From assembly GCA_973895155.1 (NCBI GenBank), contig OZ316891.1, forward strand, positions 26,715,972 to 26,779,971: 64,000 bases of DNA, in the 5' to 3' direction. Under the pieces are notes generated by a model that saw nothing but the letters and a program-made list of their open reading frames with translations, was not told where the DNA came from and did no database searches. Position 1 is the stretch's first letter. Each line of letters starts with the position of its first letter. The DNA is from Marsupella aquatica. Taxonomy: Eukaryota > Plantae > Marchantiophyta. Both the position numbers and the translations under genes were made by a program. Below, in pieces: positions 1 to 13,177 of this stretch.

Positions 1-3000
1 CACCTTCACCTGCTGCGGCATGAAAGGCACCCTCGGTGGAGGGTTTGGAATGTACCAGCAGAAGAAGACTCCTCTGATGAAGAGTGGAGAGCTGACTTTG
101 TGGATTCTAATACAGCTAGGCGTAGAGACTACGTAGAGCAGGACATAGACTGTGCAGAGGATGGTCCTGGGGTACAACATGAGAACGTGGACACATTGAC
201 CAAGATGGAGATGCAGAGGCAGTCACTGAGGACGGTGGGATGGATGTCCCAAGAATGGTTCAAGAGCTTTTTGAAGACCTTGATGCTTTTTACGACACAG
301 TGGAATCAGAAGAGGACAATGAACCGCAGCCACACATTGGAGACGACCAAGCTGAACCTGACTTTGACATTGGGGAAGGTGCAGCAGAGAGGGAGTGGGT
401 GTTTTGGGGGCCCAAAACACATCAAAGAAGCTTGCGTTCCTATCTACAAGGGGTCGAACTGCTCCAAGCTGGGTTTTGTCGTGTTGTTGTTGAACATCTG
501 TGGCAATCACAATGTTCCCAATATATTTGTGACAGAGTTGTTGCCCTTCGTGCGCCGAAATGTGTTACCAGATGGTAATTCAATTCCAAAAAATATGTAC
601 GAGGCTAGGAAATTGATGTCTAACCTTGGGCTGAACTATGTGTCTATTGACACATGCCCTGATGGGTGTGTTCTCTTTCGCAAAGAGCATGCAGATAAAT
701 TGACATGCCCTCATTGTGGTAAGCACAGGTACAAGAATGTAGGGAAATGTACACACCCTGCCAAGGTTCTTCGTCATTTTCCTCTCATTCCTAGACTACA
801 ACATCTGTTTAGATGCCCTGCCATTTCCAAGCTGATGACATGGACTCCTGATAACAAGAGCAGTGATGGCCTGCAGCGTCACATTGAAGATTCCAACCAT
901 TGGAAATTTGTTGATGAGAGGTGGCCATAGTTTGCTGCAGAGAAGCGGAACTTTCGATTTGGTCTATCACTGGATGGAGTAAACCCATTTGGAGACAAAA
1001 ACAACCGTTATTCATGTTGGCCGGTTACGCTGCTAAATTACAACCTTCCCCCATGGATGACTACAAAGAGGTTTTTTGTCATGATGGTGCTGTTAATCCC
1101 TGGACCAGCTTCTGTGACCGAGCAATTCATAGATATCATGTTGGCTCCAGCAGTGGAAGAGTGGAAGACTTTGTGGATAGAAGGGGTGTTAACCCATAAT
1201 GTTCTGAAGGTGCTTCTTCAACCCAGCCCCTTTAGACTGCATGCAATTTGTTTGCTAGATATAGCAGATTACCCAGGCCATGGCATCATATTTGGACGAG
1301 TGACAAAGGGCTATGTGGGGTGCACACCATGTGGGAAAAATGTGACAAGTGAGTGGTCGCATGCCCTGCACAGTATGAAATTTCAGGGGCATAGAAGGTA
1401 TCTGTCTGCTGATCATCCTTACAGGCACACACGGTCTCAAATTGCACACTTCAACAACAAAACAGAGCTTCGTGGCCCACCACAAAGGGTCACCAGAGAG
1501 CAAGTCCTGAGGTGGGCAGCCAGGAAGGCTGATTGGGACAAGAGAAGTGCCACTGATCGAGAACCTGAGGATCCAGTGGTGAAACACGGTGTGAAAAGAC
1601 AGACCTTGATGGACTTGGAGTTGGAGTACTGGAGGGTAATGTACTTAGCCTCCAGCCCCTGTATGATTGCAATTTTAGATTGGAGCTATGGTGGATTGAT
1701 GTTGGTTACAATCCTCCTATTTGGTTAATTAGTGTTTCTGTTGTTGAATTCTTTGCTTTGTGGAGTGCAGGAATTCGAGCCCAGCAAACACAATGTGGAC
1801 GTCATGCACATCGAGAAAAATATTTGTGAGAGCTTGCTGAAGTTCTTGTCGGGTGAGAAAGATACAGGAGCAATTCGAGCTGATATGCAACAGAAGGGGA
1901 TTCGCCCTCACCTTTGGTTGAAGCCCCATGCAAGCAATCCCAATGTACTTCTCAAGTTCCAAGCTCCCTATGTGTGCACACAGGAAGAATGGAAGACATT
2001 CTTGTATAGATTGAGCTGTCTGAAAGTGCCCTCTGGCTATGCTGGTGCCTTCAAGAAGCATATTACAAAGAATAAACTTGGCAGTATGAAAACACATGAC
2101 TACCATGTGTTGATGCAGCACATTCTGCCCATATGCCTCAAAGGTCTCATGCAGAAACCAGTCCGTAATGTCATTCTTTGACTGTGCAATGTATTTCGCC
2201 GTATATGTGTGAAAGTGTGGGATCCCCAAGGATTGGAGCAGCTGAAGCAGGATGTTGCTTATGTCCTCTGTGACTTGGAGATATACTTCCCCCCTGCTTT
2301 CTTTGATGTTATGACTCATCTCCTAATCCATGTGGTAGAAGAGCTAGGGCAGTATGGGCCAGTCAGTACCAGATGGATGTACCCTATGGAGCGATACATG
2401 AAGTTGTTGAAAGGTCATGTGAGAACATACTACAGGCCAGAGGCTTCCATGGCATTGGGGTACATTAAGGATGAGACGTTGGGGTTCCTAACAGAGTACA
2501 TGGCTGGGTCTGGTGAAGCTATGACAAGAGTTTGGAAATCTGGTGAAGATGATGGAGTGAGTGGCGAGGTTGTTGAAGGTGTGGGACGTGCTGTTCAGCT
2601 GCCTGTTGCGATTCAAGACAAGGCTCATTCATATGTGCTGGCAAACACAGAGCCTATGCAACCATGGTGGAGGTGAGTGATTGAATTGACTTGCCTTTGT
2701 TGTGATGCTTCTTGTCTGTTCCAAGGGTGATCTTAGCTTGTCATGTGTTGTTTAGACCTAACTATGCCTGTACCTCATATTGCAGGGAATATGATATGCA
2801 AAAAGCTGCACACTCTGGGCAGCATGATCCCTTCCCACAGTTCGAGCAGTGGATTCGGGTGACAATTCGAGAGCATAGTAGACATCACCCAGATATGGAG
2901 AAGGATTTGTATCTTCTATCTGTGCCACCACAATTGTCTATTCTGACCTACAAACGGATGAGAGCTTATGGAAATCATTATCGAGTGAGGGATGAGCAGG

Positions 3001-3544
3001 GTGACCATTGTGTATCATATGATTGTGGTTTGATTTCTGTGTTTGAGCAGAGAACCTCTAAAGAACAGAGGGGGTGGATGAAGATGGGTTACGTGGGGGA
3101 GTTGACCGACATTTGGGTGTTGAATTATGGTAACACAAGTGTCCCAGTGATATTGATGAAGGGATCATGGGTGAAATCAGAGTGGCAGAGACCAAGGGCC
3201 ACCATGAAGCGTGATCATGATGGGTTCTTGTTGGCCAATTTTAGGTCCAGAGTACCAAAATGGTCTGAGCCTTTTGTTTTCCCTAGCCAAGTTGAACAGA
3301 CTTTCTTGCAGATGTGGAGGAGTCACATGGCTGGAGAGTGGTATGCTATAGCCAAGCACGGAACAGGCGGATGGATGGAAGTAAAGTAGAGTTCAGTTTG
3401 GATGACCATGCTGCATTCGAGCATCCTAGTCACGAGACTGTACTTCCAACTCGGGCAGGGACTGACTACATCCCCTTAACATTGAGAGAGACATATGATG
3501 AACCTGGGGAGATGGAATATGATGAGGTTGATGATGTGCAATAG
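1..3544 (+). pseudogene. CACTA TnpD-like transposase (Transposase_21 plus DUF4218- and DUF4216-like regions), disrupted
   Basis: Motifs seen: CPDGCVLF..CPHCG, HFPLIPRLQHLF, GLSLDGVNPFG..YSCWPV..YNLPPW, DVMHIEKNI, MKTHDYHVLMQ, FPPAFFDVMTHL..GPV..RWMYPMER, EPFVFPSQVEQ. Introns at about 1636-1770 and 2673-2785. Lesions: in-frame TAG at 928-930, TGA at 2179-2181, and apparent frameshifts near 195, 410 and 3308. Confidence 0.88.
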
Positions 3545-3721
3545 GCAACAACTGGCGATTGGCAAGTATGAGGTTGAGGATGACTACCTGCATAGAGTCA
3601 CAGAACGGGAATTGCTGCCTGGAATGATATTTAGGATAGTTGGATATGCATGAAATTGATTGATACTTTGAATTTAGTGTGCTGATTCTCCCTGTTTGGT
3701 TGTGGGTGCTGTGCAGAAGCT

Positions 3722-6700
3722 ATGGGGGAAGAGGGTGATGACATGGAGACAGACATGAGGCTTGGAGAGTGGGGTGAAGAGGGAAGATTGGATATGGATG
3801 GAGACCCAGATGTAGGGGGCTCACAGAAAAATGCACCTGTGCAGGATGCACAGGGCCCTCATCAAGTCCCAGGTAGGTGGGCAGCTAGAGAGAAATCACA
3901 TAATCCATACCCTAGAAGGAGCCAGAGTTATTGGCAAGGGACGCCTGATAATTATGATGATGACTATGATGGAGCAGAAGATGGATGGGATGAATATGAA
4001 CACCCAGAGCGTGGTAGAGACGGGTACAGAGGGCAATGGAAAGGTGAGGAGGATGATTGGACAAGTAAGTGCCTTGTGCTAGTGATTTTGTGATGGTAGT
4101 AGAGATTTACCTCAATCTGGACTTATCTGATGTGTAGCTAGGGCAAAGAGTTTATCTTACAGGTCCATGAGTGTGGCATGTACGTGTTGGTATGCAGACT
4201 CTGATTGGGACAATCACGAAAACAACAAAGGCCATCCACGTTTAGATAGGAGGCAATCATTCACAGGCGGGAGAAATGGCCCTAATTCATCAAGACAAAG
4301 CAATAGGACAGGTGGTCCGGAACCATCTATGCGCCAAGGGAGAGGTAACTTGGTCATTGCAGAATTGCTCTGAAGTCCAGTGTATATTTGGCAGCAGGAT
4401 TTATGATTCATACTTACCTAATGGATCCTGTAAATGTGCAGGGACTCCAGGGAGGTTTGGACAATGCAATCCAGGCCGTGGGGGGAGATCAGGCCATGGA
4501 GGGACCCCAGGCCGTGGGGGGACACCAGGCCGTGGAGGGACACCTAGTAGCGCTTCAGGGAGTACCAAGGCAGGAGACAGTAACAAATTTGGTAAAGTAG
4601 AAGTGAATTCTGATGGTTGGATAACTCCCACATGTGATGGTAAGAACCGTTGGCATTCTGACCTAAGAGGAGAAGTATTGCGTTGGTTAGATTTGAGCAT
4701 TACAGAGTTTAGGAGTCAGAACAAAGCTGATTGGGCTGCTATCTGCAAGGACATTCTTGAACGGTGGGACTATGTTGGTAATGATGGTAAGGGCCCAGTT
4801 GAAGATTGCATATCAGATTATGCAATGAGGATTTTGAAACAAGAGAGGCATAGGTTGAAAAGGATGTGGATAGACAATGGTTCTAACAGGAGAATGCCAC
4901 CACCCCCATCATTGGAATTGGATCAATGGACACGGTTAATCAAAGGGTTCATGTCGGAGGCTGGGCAGAGCAAGAGTGAACTGATGTCAAATGCTCGAGG
5001 CAAAGTGAAACACCTGTCACAGGCTGGGAGAGGAAGTTATGCTCTAGTGAAAGAACAATTGGTAAGGCAGTGACATGCCTGATAGTAAGCCTCAAACTTA
5101 TCATCTTGCTACCATTATTACATTTTCATTGACAATCAACACTTGGTTTCATTCATATGTATGTTGATGTGGACTGTAGAAGAAATTGACAGGTGAAGAA
5201 CCATCAGCACAAGAAGTGAGAGAGGGGTTCATGAAACAAAGGAGTGAGGTGACAAGTGTGACTTCCAAACAGGTGATTATGTTGTAATTCTGTATGTTCT
5301 GTGACTATTTGGCCTTGAGCATCAGAAAGAATTGTAGTAGGAAGTAAGCAACCAGTTCTTGGGGACAATTATCTGAGATATGTAAGTTGTGTTATGACAG
5401 GGAACTGTTACAACTCTCACAGAGATGTGTGAACGGTTGAAGTCATTAGAGTGTGGACTCCCTCGAGTGGAAAGTAAATTGGCTGATCGTTTGGATATTG
5501 TGGAGGCATCTGTAGCAAACCTTCTTGCATCAGTGGAATCTAATTTCAAGCTTGTGATTGAAAAATTGGGTGGTTCCCAACCAAACAATGAGGGCAACAT
5601 TGTACAAAGTGTGCCCTTGTTAACAAAAAAGGGAATTGGCAAATCTAACACAGGTATGGAAATGACACCGGCCCATTGTTCATTGTGTCCTATGTTCAAA
5701 TGTTAGAAGTAAGTTTTCATGAATTGAGTGAATGGTTTGAATGCAGGAAGAGTGGAGGCAGAGAAGGACCCTGTAATCAGTAAGCAGAATGGCAAAAAGG
5801 TTGTTGAGACAGGTAACCTGCTATGATCCAGTACATTACATTGAAAAGTGCATGGAGTTTTGTGAAGCTTAAGCCGGTTGGAGGTAATCTTTTCTGTAAG
5901 AACTGGTTGGATCAACTGGGATCTGAAGTGACATCATGATTGATGTATCAGGTGATTCAAAGAGCAATGAAAAAGATGTGCCTAGTGCCTCAGTGACCAT
6001 AGCCAAGGAGGTATCAGGTAAGTTGATGCTTTAAATTCCTCTCCTACCATTGTTGAGAAACAATTCAGTGGTTAATAGATTGAACCTGAATATTGTGGTG
6101 TGTTTATTGATCAGCAGAAGCAAACATGGAGGATATGGCAATGGCAAAGAAGGGGAAGAAGGCTGTTCATAATGGTAAGGAGATAGTGACAACTTTGTGG
6201 TTGGTGACATGTACATGGCGCACATGTGATGAGTGATTCACTTATGTTGGACAATGCACTGAATTGTAGTTGATGCAGAGTTGACAGACTCTCAACCAAG
6301 TGGGAGCAGGGTGAAGCGACGTCGAAACTTGGGAGCAACATTGGATGCAAGTAAGATTGTAGATGCTTCAATTGAAGCAATACAATGTTGGCAGATACTG
6401 AGATGATGTTGCAGGGAAATCCTGCTACACAATCGGAAGTGTCAAATATGGATGCAGATTCTTTGAAGAAGAGTGTAGCCAATTCTCGATCACCAGCACA
6501 AAACACTCGTGCCAAAGTCATGACTCGCAACCAAGGTATGAATAATGTCATGTATAAGCCACCCAGGAAAGCTAAGAAAAACAGCCAGGGTAAGGTGGAG
6601 GTGATAGCCACAGCAGAGCCAGTCCATAATCTTCTATCATGGGATGATGACTCGCAGGTATGTGTGGGTACAGGCATTTTGCAACCGGATCATGCTAAAT

Positions 6701-6870
6701 TCCATGGCAAAGTGGTCCCGGATGACCATGTAGTAGTGTTGTTGACTACAGTGATTGTATCTGATTGTAATTTGCCATTTCCGAATAGAGACGATGATCC
6801 ACCTCAGGAAATAATTGCAGATGCAGTAGGATCTCTTGTGCTCTGGCCATCAGAGTGTGTTAGTCTGTAG
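3722..6870 (+). CDS. CACTA second gene (TnpA-like): acidic/RGG-rich N-terminus, Ptta/En/Spm (Transposase_24-like) domain, C-terminal Tnp1/En/Spm-like domain; about 10 exons
   Basis: GT-AG exons join in frame without stops: about 3722-4064, 4198-4345, 4442-5061, 5180-5272, 5401-5653, 5747-5812, 5952-6017, 6115-6174 and 6279-6350, then a last exon to TAG at 6870 (last junction ambiguous). Motifs: PPPSLELDQWTRLI...KSELMSNARGKVKH..AGRGSY and FHGKVVPDD..V......LPFPN..D....IADAVGSLVLWP. Confidence 0.75.
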
Positions 6871-7369
6871 TGATTGAATACAAGTGTAGATAGAATCATG
6901 TGAATTGTGTAACATTTTGACATTGCCTTGGAAAGATCCAAGAAATATCTGTACCAATTTTTCCATTTGGTAAAGAGGATGAAGGAGCCGTTGTGTGTGA
7001 CATTCATATTTCTGAATTCTGTATGTATGAAACAAGTGATTGATGTCAAACTATGGCTCTATGGTGATTGTCTATGATACTTGAATCTGTTTTGTATCAT
7101 TTCAGTATTAGTGTGTATGGTATAGACGAATGCTTTGTGACCTTCTTTGCAGTCTATGATGTTTGAATCTGTGAATTCATATTAGTGTACATGGTATAGA
7201 AGATTTCTGAAAATTTGTGTGAGGTTCTAATGTTAACATGGTGAATGGTGAGCTTATAGAGTGAGTTCATTCCAAGTACACAATAAAACATGAATGGAAT
7301 GTGTTATTTGTGCACAAGAGTGAGTTCATTCCAAGTAGTATAGTGGGGTCTTCATCACTCATTTCCAGT

Positions 7370-7733
7370 TGACATGAAAGACTTATACATACCCCACAAA
7401 GTGTCTACTTTAGTCGTTTTATAAACCCACAAAGTATACTTAAAGACTACCCTCCATAACCTTTTGAGTCGTTACAATGACTCACCATCGCAACCCATAA
7501 AAGACTGAAAAAGACTCACCAAACCTACCCACACAAAGACTATAATAGACTGAAAATCCAGTCTATAAAATGACTTATAAACCAGTTCTATAAAGGACTC
7601 ATTTGATTATAGTAACAAAACATACGACTCATAGTCCTATAAAGGACTGGAGTCCTTCCCAGTCGTTTCCAAGTCCTATATGGTACTGAATAGTCGTTTA
7701 ATAGGGTCTAAATACCCCCGGTTTCTACTAGTG
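7370..7733. repeat. CACTA 3' subterminal repeats and terminal inverted repeat
   Basis: Many short AAAGACT, AAAGGACT and AGTC motifs occur in both orientations, ending in the TAGTG terminus. Confidence 0.8.
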
Positions 7734-9154
7734 AGGGTTGATTTAATTCATATTGAAATAATTTTTAGAATTTGCTTGTAACTAAGCAACCTACTCTTTT
7801 ATACAAATGTCACTTTCCAAATAAGGAAGGGCACTTGATATTACGCTCCCATTTGTTTTTGGGAATGGGGTATATAATCATCTCCGCCACACGACATCAT
7901 CTTAGTGGTACACATGATATCATCTAATAGGTACATGTGTCTATGCCTTTTGGTATGCCTTTGTAAGTTGTGGGCGGGGTTGTGGGGTTTAGGGTAGGGT
8001 ATGTTGAGGGGTTTAGGGTGAGTTTTTTGAACTGCCCTATGAGGAAACACATGAGGCAAATCCTTGCCCATTGGATCCGAGGGAGGGAAGATCTTTGAAC
8101 AAAGAAAATGTAACTAATGAAGCCTATATAAAAATTCTCAAATCTGGATTTTATAATTATCTCAAGGATATCAAGTATTGTCAAAATGTATTTTTTTCTA
8201 AATAACAAGGAAAATTTGTATTGTTTCAAAAATAATAACAAGGGGTACTTGAGGGGGGTCCGTTCACAGGGGGTAGAGATCTTTTATTGGGAGTGAGGGC
8301 CCGGGGAGTGCAGGTCAACCCTGAATAATTGACATATTGCAATTAATTGCATTCTGTAATTGCATTCTGTCTATAAGACTACGCATGCATTATCTGTTAT
8401 ATACTCCAATTCATACATAAGCAGAGAATAATTATTGATTAAGTGCAACCAACAATCACATAAAATAGTTTGATGCACTTATCCTTTTGAATTGTGCAAT
8501 ATGAGGGCTCCAATGTAGGTATGTGACCCACATTAATAAGAGGAAGTGCATATTAAGAGCTAGATTTCATTCTCATGTACATTGAATAGCGTCACATGGA
8601 CAAGTGCATAAATGATATCACATGGACAAGTGCATAAATGATATCCACTCCGGAGTTTCATTCCCCAAAAAAGACACATCAGGGGCAACTAACAATAGGG
8701 TCAATTTATTGCTTCAAAAATAATACTTAACAATTTTGGTCCTTGGCCCGGCTCACAGCATGGCCCGGCTCACAGCATGGCCCGCAAACCATGGCCGTCA
8801 GTAACTCGGGTGGTTGGCATGCCAAGTCTGCACAAAAAATTGCTTCACACACAATTTGTCGTGACCCTTCGCGCGCGCGCGGGCGGGGGGGGGGGGGGGG
8901 TGGGGCCGTCATGAACATATGTTTTTCATCAAGAGAGAAGAGAGAGCTGTGAGAAAACTCTTAAATTATTGGGAATGTGCAGGTTTGAGAAGTAATTTTT
9001 GCAAAAAAAACGAGTGACACTTGCTAGACACGCATTGGCTGCTTCTCGTATCATCATGTTCGTCACGGCATGAATCGATCAGCACTATCTCAAGGTGGGA
9101 CAGTGAGCAAGGACTGCAATATGAGAGGAGGGTTATCGGGTTGCTGGAAGATTT

Positions 9155-10277
9155 CACGTGGTTTGCACGTGATGACACCACGAGCTAAGTGATGCGTACA
9201 TTTGGACCAAACCGAATCATATAGCTCAGATCGACACGGACATCGAGAGAAAAAAGAGTGGCTCATCACTCAGGCATGATGATCGGCATAGTTTTGCGAT
9301 GATTCGAGCTAAACACTGCAGATGGACACGGAAAAGAGAGAAGCTCATCACTCAGGCAGCTTGATCTGATCTGAGTGTGAGTGTGTCCCTGTCAATACCA
9401 AGTAACGTTGTCCTTGTTTGTCTAGGATTGCATGCATAGCTTGAATCTATGGAAACAATCTAATGTATGAAACAGTTCATCGTCTATGCCTGTATGGTCG
9501 TGGCTGATGGTCATGCAGGACTGGAGGTCTCGCTGGAGGGGTGCTGTACTTGCGAAATTTCACGTGTTGTGCACGTGATGAATCAATTCAAGCTGAGCTG
9601 CTGAAGTAGGGAGGCATACATTTGAGTCGGAACAGACTTGTCGGACAGAGATTGAGATAAACCCTCGCCCTGTAAGATCACGTCGGTGCTTGCCAATCGA
9701 CGTCACTCCAGTTACTTGGCGTGCATCTACGAAACCAAAAGAAGTTTTATGACGTCTTTCAATCCAGGCGTTCAACGTATGAAAACTAGCTAAACTCTGA
9801 GAACTTAAAAATATAAGTGGAACCCCGGGGAGTGTGGTGCTGTCAAGTGAGGACTGATGGGTTTAGGGACGCTGGCTGATTTCAGAACAGGTTTGCACGT
9901 GGTTTGCACGGAATTGATCCAATGGAAATGCGCAGATTTGGAACGGAGAGCGAAAGAAGTCCCGTCCAGGCCCACTGCATGATTATTGCTGCATGGCATA
10001 TATGAATCTATGAACATACGAAAATTGTCGCATGTCTTTCAAATCCATCAAAGCAATTATACTCACTCTAAACTATATCTACGAACTGTAGTAAGTGCAA
10101 TGGAGAGAGCACAATGGACACAGCAGGTACTTTAAAAATTCGATCAAGGTGCTTATCGTGTTGAGTACGTAGTAAGTATATAATAAGTAACGGCAATAGT
10201 GAAACTTGGGTGGGAGTGGTTCGATCAAAGGGAGGACGGATCAGCCTACAGGCCAAATTTCACGTGGTTTGCACGTG
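9155..10277. promoter_or_regulatory. Cluster of four G-box doublets (CACGTG-N5-CACGTG); candidate bHLH/bZIP enhancer
   Basis: Doublets at 9155-9171 (CACGTGgtttgCACGTG), 9561-9577 (CACGTGttgtgCACGTG), 9896-9912 (CACGTGgtttgCACGGA) and 10261-10277 (CACGTGgtttgCACGTG). The motifs are directly visible; the function is inferred. Confidence 0.45.
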
Positions 10278-11423
10278 ATGGGTTCTTGGGTAGACTTCGA
10301 ACAGACAGAGAAGCCCCGCACATGCTCACGCCCTTGCCAATGGGAACTATTCTTGAATGGGTTTAATCTGTGAAAGCACATGCATTTGCTCACACTGAAC
10401 TGAACTGTTGTTACTTGTTAGTCAGTCTTACCAGTTGTACAATAGTGCGCTAATATGCAGATTACAAAATTACTCTAAAATTAGTTATCATATTGTCGAT
10501 TTATTTTTATTCCCTGTAGAACAGAAATTGGATTGGAGTTCCCTTGACGACACATGCATTTTCAAAGAGTTTTTGCAGTGTCTTGTCTAAGCTATTATGT
10601 AGATGGTAGATGGTAGATCAGGCCCTCCCTATGATTGATGGCTTCCATGCTTTGGATTTAGGTCAGCTAGATTAAAAACAAAAGAACACAGTACAGTACG
10701 TATTTGTCTTCCCCATTTGGAGCAAATGATGGCTCTCCGACCCAATAGCAATGTTTTGACTGTTTACCTTACTCCAATAGATGCACGAGCTTTGGGACAC
10801 CTGGCATTGTGTGCCGCCCCTTCTCTGTCAATGGCTTGGCTAAATTAAAATTTCCCATGTGAATGCACCTGGGCAACATGTGGGGCTTGGTGGGGGGTGC
10901 CCACCACAAAAATAATGAAAGGAACGTAGTCATTTCAGCGCGCAAAGGAACATGAACACACAATAACAAAGAAAACTCAGAGATCGGTATTGTGGAGAAC
11001 GAAATTGGAGAGCCAGAATGGATCCCCATGTTTGCCTAAAGCTCAAAAAGGACTTTTGCAACCGGCAGCTAGAATTAAATATCAGGTTGTAAGTCGGACA
11101 GAACAATCTGGCGACCTCCATGTTGGCCTTGCTTAGTATCTAAGTTTCCTAAATAGTGCATATTAAAAATTGCATATAGAAACTAAAAATATACTAAACA
11201 AGAAGATAAGACAGTAGTATAAATTTTAAGTTATGCGTGTCTTTCACTAGAATAATCTCCGGTGATTTTCTAATAGCTATTTGGTGCAGAAGGCATAGTG
11301 CACGTTAAGAAACTGTATAAATATATTAACAAGAAGATAAGTAGTGTTGTTAAGTTATGCATGTCTCGAAGAATCTTGGTGATTTTCTAATGGCTATTTG
11401 ATGCAGATCGCAATCTTCCAGTT

Positions 11424-11621
11424 TTGAGGCTGATGATTTCTGTGACGATTTTTGACTTCAGCAGCCCACGAGGGTTACCTCACCAATTGGTGTTTTGGAT
11501 GGAAGATGCCCCACGAAACATCCGTGAGGTATGTAAATACATAGAAATTTTACTTGATAAACAAGGGGACAAATACGGTAAAATGATGAATTTTGTCATT
11601 ATTCATAAACCAAAGCCCTGA
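11424..11621 (+). pseudogene. Possible highly degraded Helitron Rep (HUH) domain fragment
   Basis: The translation RGLPHQLVFWMEDAP..EVCKYI..FVIIHKP resembles the Helitron Rep motif 2 region (EFQxRGLPHxHxLxWxxDAP ... MIHGPC). The match is short and degenerate. Confidence 0.35.
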
Positions 11622-13177
11622 TGGACAGGGAGGTTGTCTCCCATGGATTGTGACACATAAATTGAGCATCTTACACCTAATGATGAGAAAATCTAGCTAA
11701 TAAATGTGCTCATTAGTTATTTATCTATATTTTAATTACATTAGAAGACTGTGCACCTCAAAGTGAACTGAAATGAAATAAAGATGTACATCTAGTACTG
11801 TATTTAAGATTTTTGAGAGTATTCAAAGCGCTTATAATAACAAGAGGAATGCTCTCTGAAAAATAGAATTTCTCAAAAATACTCTCCTTAACTTTGATTA
11901 AAGTAGATTAAAATCTGAGTTAGCTTTGCTGTAACAACATAAGTCAAACCCCTCATTAACACAAGGCCAACACTCTATGGAAACTAGTATGTGGGTCCAA
12001 CTCAATGTTTTTAACATAGTAGTAATATTGTATTTGTTTGTTTTACTAACTTCCCGACTAACTCTCTTTCCTGGTCTTTCCTGGTTATCAAGTCTGCCAA
12101 AACTCTATGATATGCCCAAATACAGTGCCAAGAATTTGGAAGGAGCTTTTAGCGTGCTACATAATATTGTCATCCTTTGTTTGTCTCCACCTCTCTCATT
12201 TTCTTTTCACCTCTCTATGTAATTCACATTGCAACTCCTCACTGTAGCAATCACCTGGCTTGTTCGAGTGACAAATTATTCATCACAAGGGTGAGCAACG
12301 AACTATCTTGGAGGCAAGGAGCTAGGCAATCACATGCACTTCATTGTCTTGCAATGTTTTTGTGCAAATGGATAATTATGCGTTGGACTTGTCTATAAAA
12401 TTATGAGATGTTTTTAAAAGTATTTAAAGTTTGCATAATAAAAGTTGGCATCACTAACAAACAAATTCATAAACTCAAAAATTATTTATAGTATTGGTTT
12501 TTTAATTGTTTTTTGGGAGATAAGTATACTTTTTGGTTGGAAAGTGTAATTTATTCATCATGATTTGTCTAATAATGACAAAAACAAAATTCTCATCAAT
12601 TTTAATGGCAAATGGCAACCAAAAAAACCCATAAGTGTAGAATCATAATGATCATGTTAAGAAGAGAGTAACTTTATGTACAGGCACCTTCATAAGTGAA
12701 GAAACATACTAATTTCATTTCATTTCTGTTTTTTAAATGTATGTTTTACTAATCAATAGAAAGTCATAGCCTTATTTTTGTAGAGATTTTATAATAATAG
12801 AATAATTTAATGTTTTGAGAATAGTTGATTAGTCTTGAATGTGCAAGTGAGTTTTGACATTAATATGCTTATGACTTTTTTGGTGTGTATTCAAGGAATA
12901 TGTTTGAATAAGGCCTAGGGGGAGCTACACTCAAGTGGCATAAGTAATTGTAATTTTCAATTTATTTGTGGAAAGCAATGCTCTTGGTAGGTAGATGAGT
13001 CTTTTGTAATCTTGTTTCATATTGTTATGGTTATCTTAAGGCATTACAAATTAAGAAAGTGAAATTTGCCATTTGTTGGATTCCCAAAATGGAGAAGTGA
13101 GCTCTTTGTACCTAAAATTATTCACTTAAGTTTATTATCAATAAGGTACTATAATTATAAGGTCCATATCATATTAT

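Larger units (their letters stand above)
1..7733 (+). mobile_element. CACTA (En/Spm) DNA transposon, right-hand part; the left end lies outside the window
   Basis: It contains TnpD-like and TnpA-like coding regions. It ends in ...CCCCCGGTTTCTACTAGTG (7715-7733), whose reverse complement CACTAGTAGAAACCGGGGG is a typical CACTA TIR, preceded by short subterminal repeats. The putative 3-bp TSD would be AGG (7734-7736). Confidence 0.92.

Noticed and set aside
4409-4421. U1 snRNA 5' end (ATACTTACCT); similar sequence at about 15791
   Set aside because: The match stops after about 10 nt, with no U1 stem-loops or Sm site.
7975-8022. Interstitial telomere (TTTAGGG)
   Set aside because: Only two separated heptamers; not an array.
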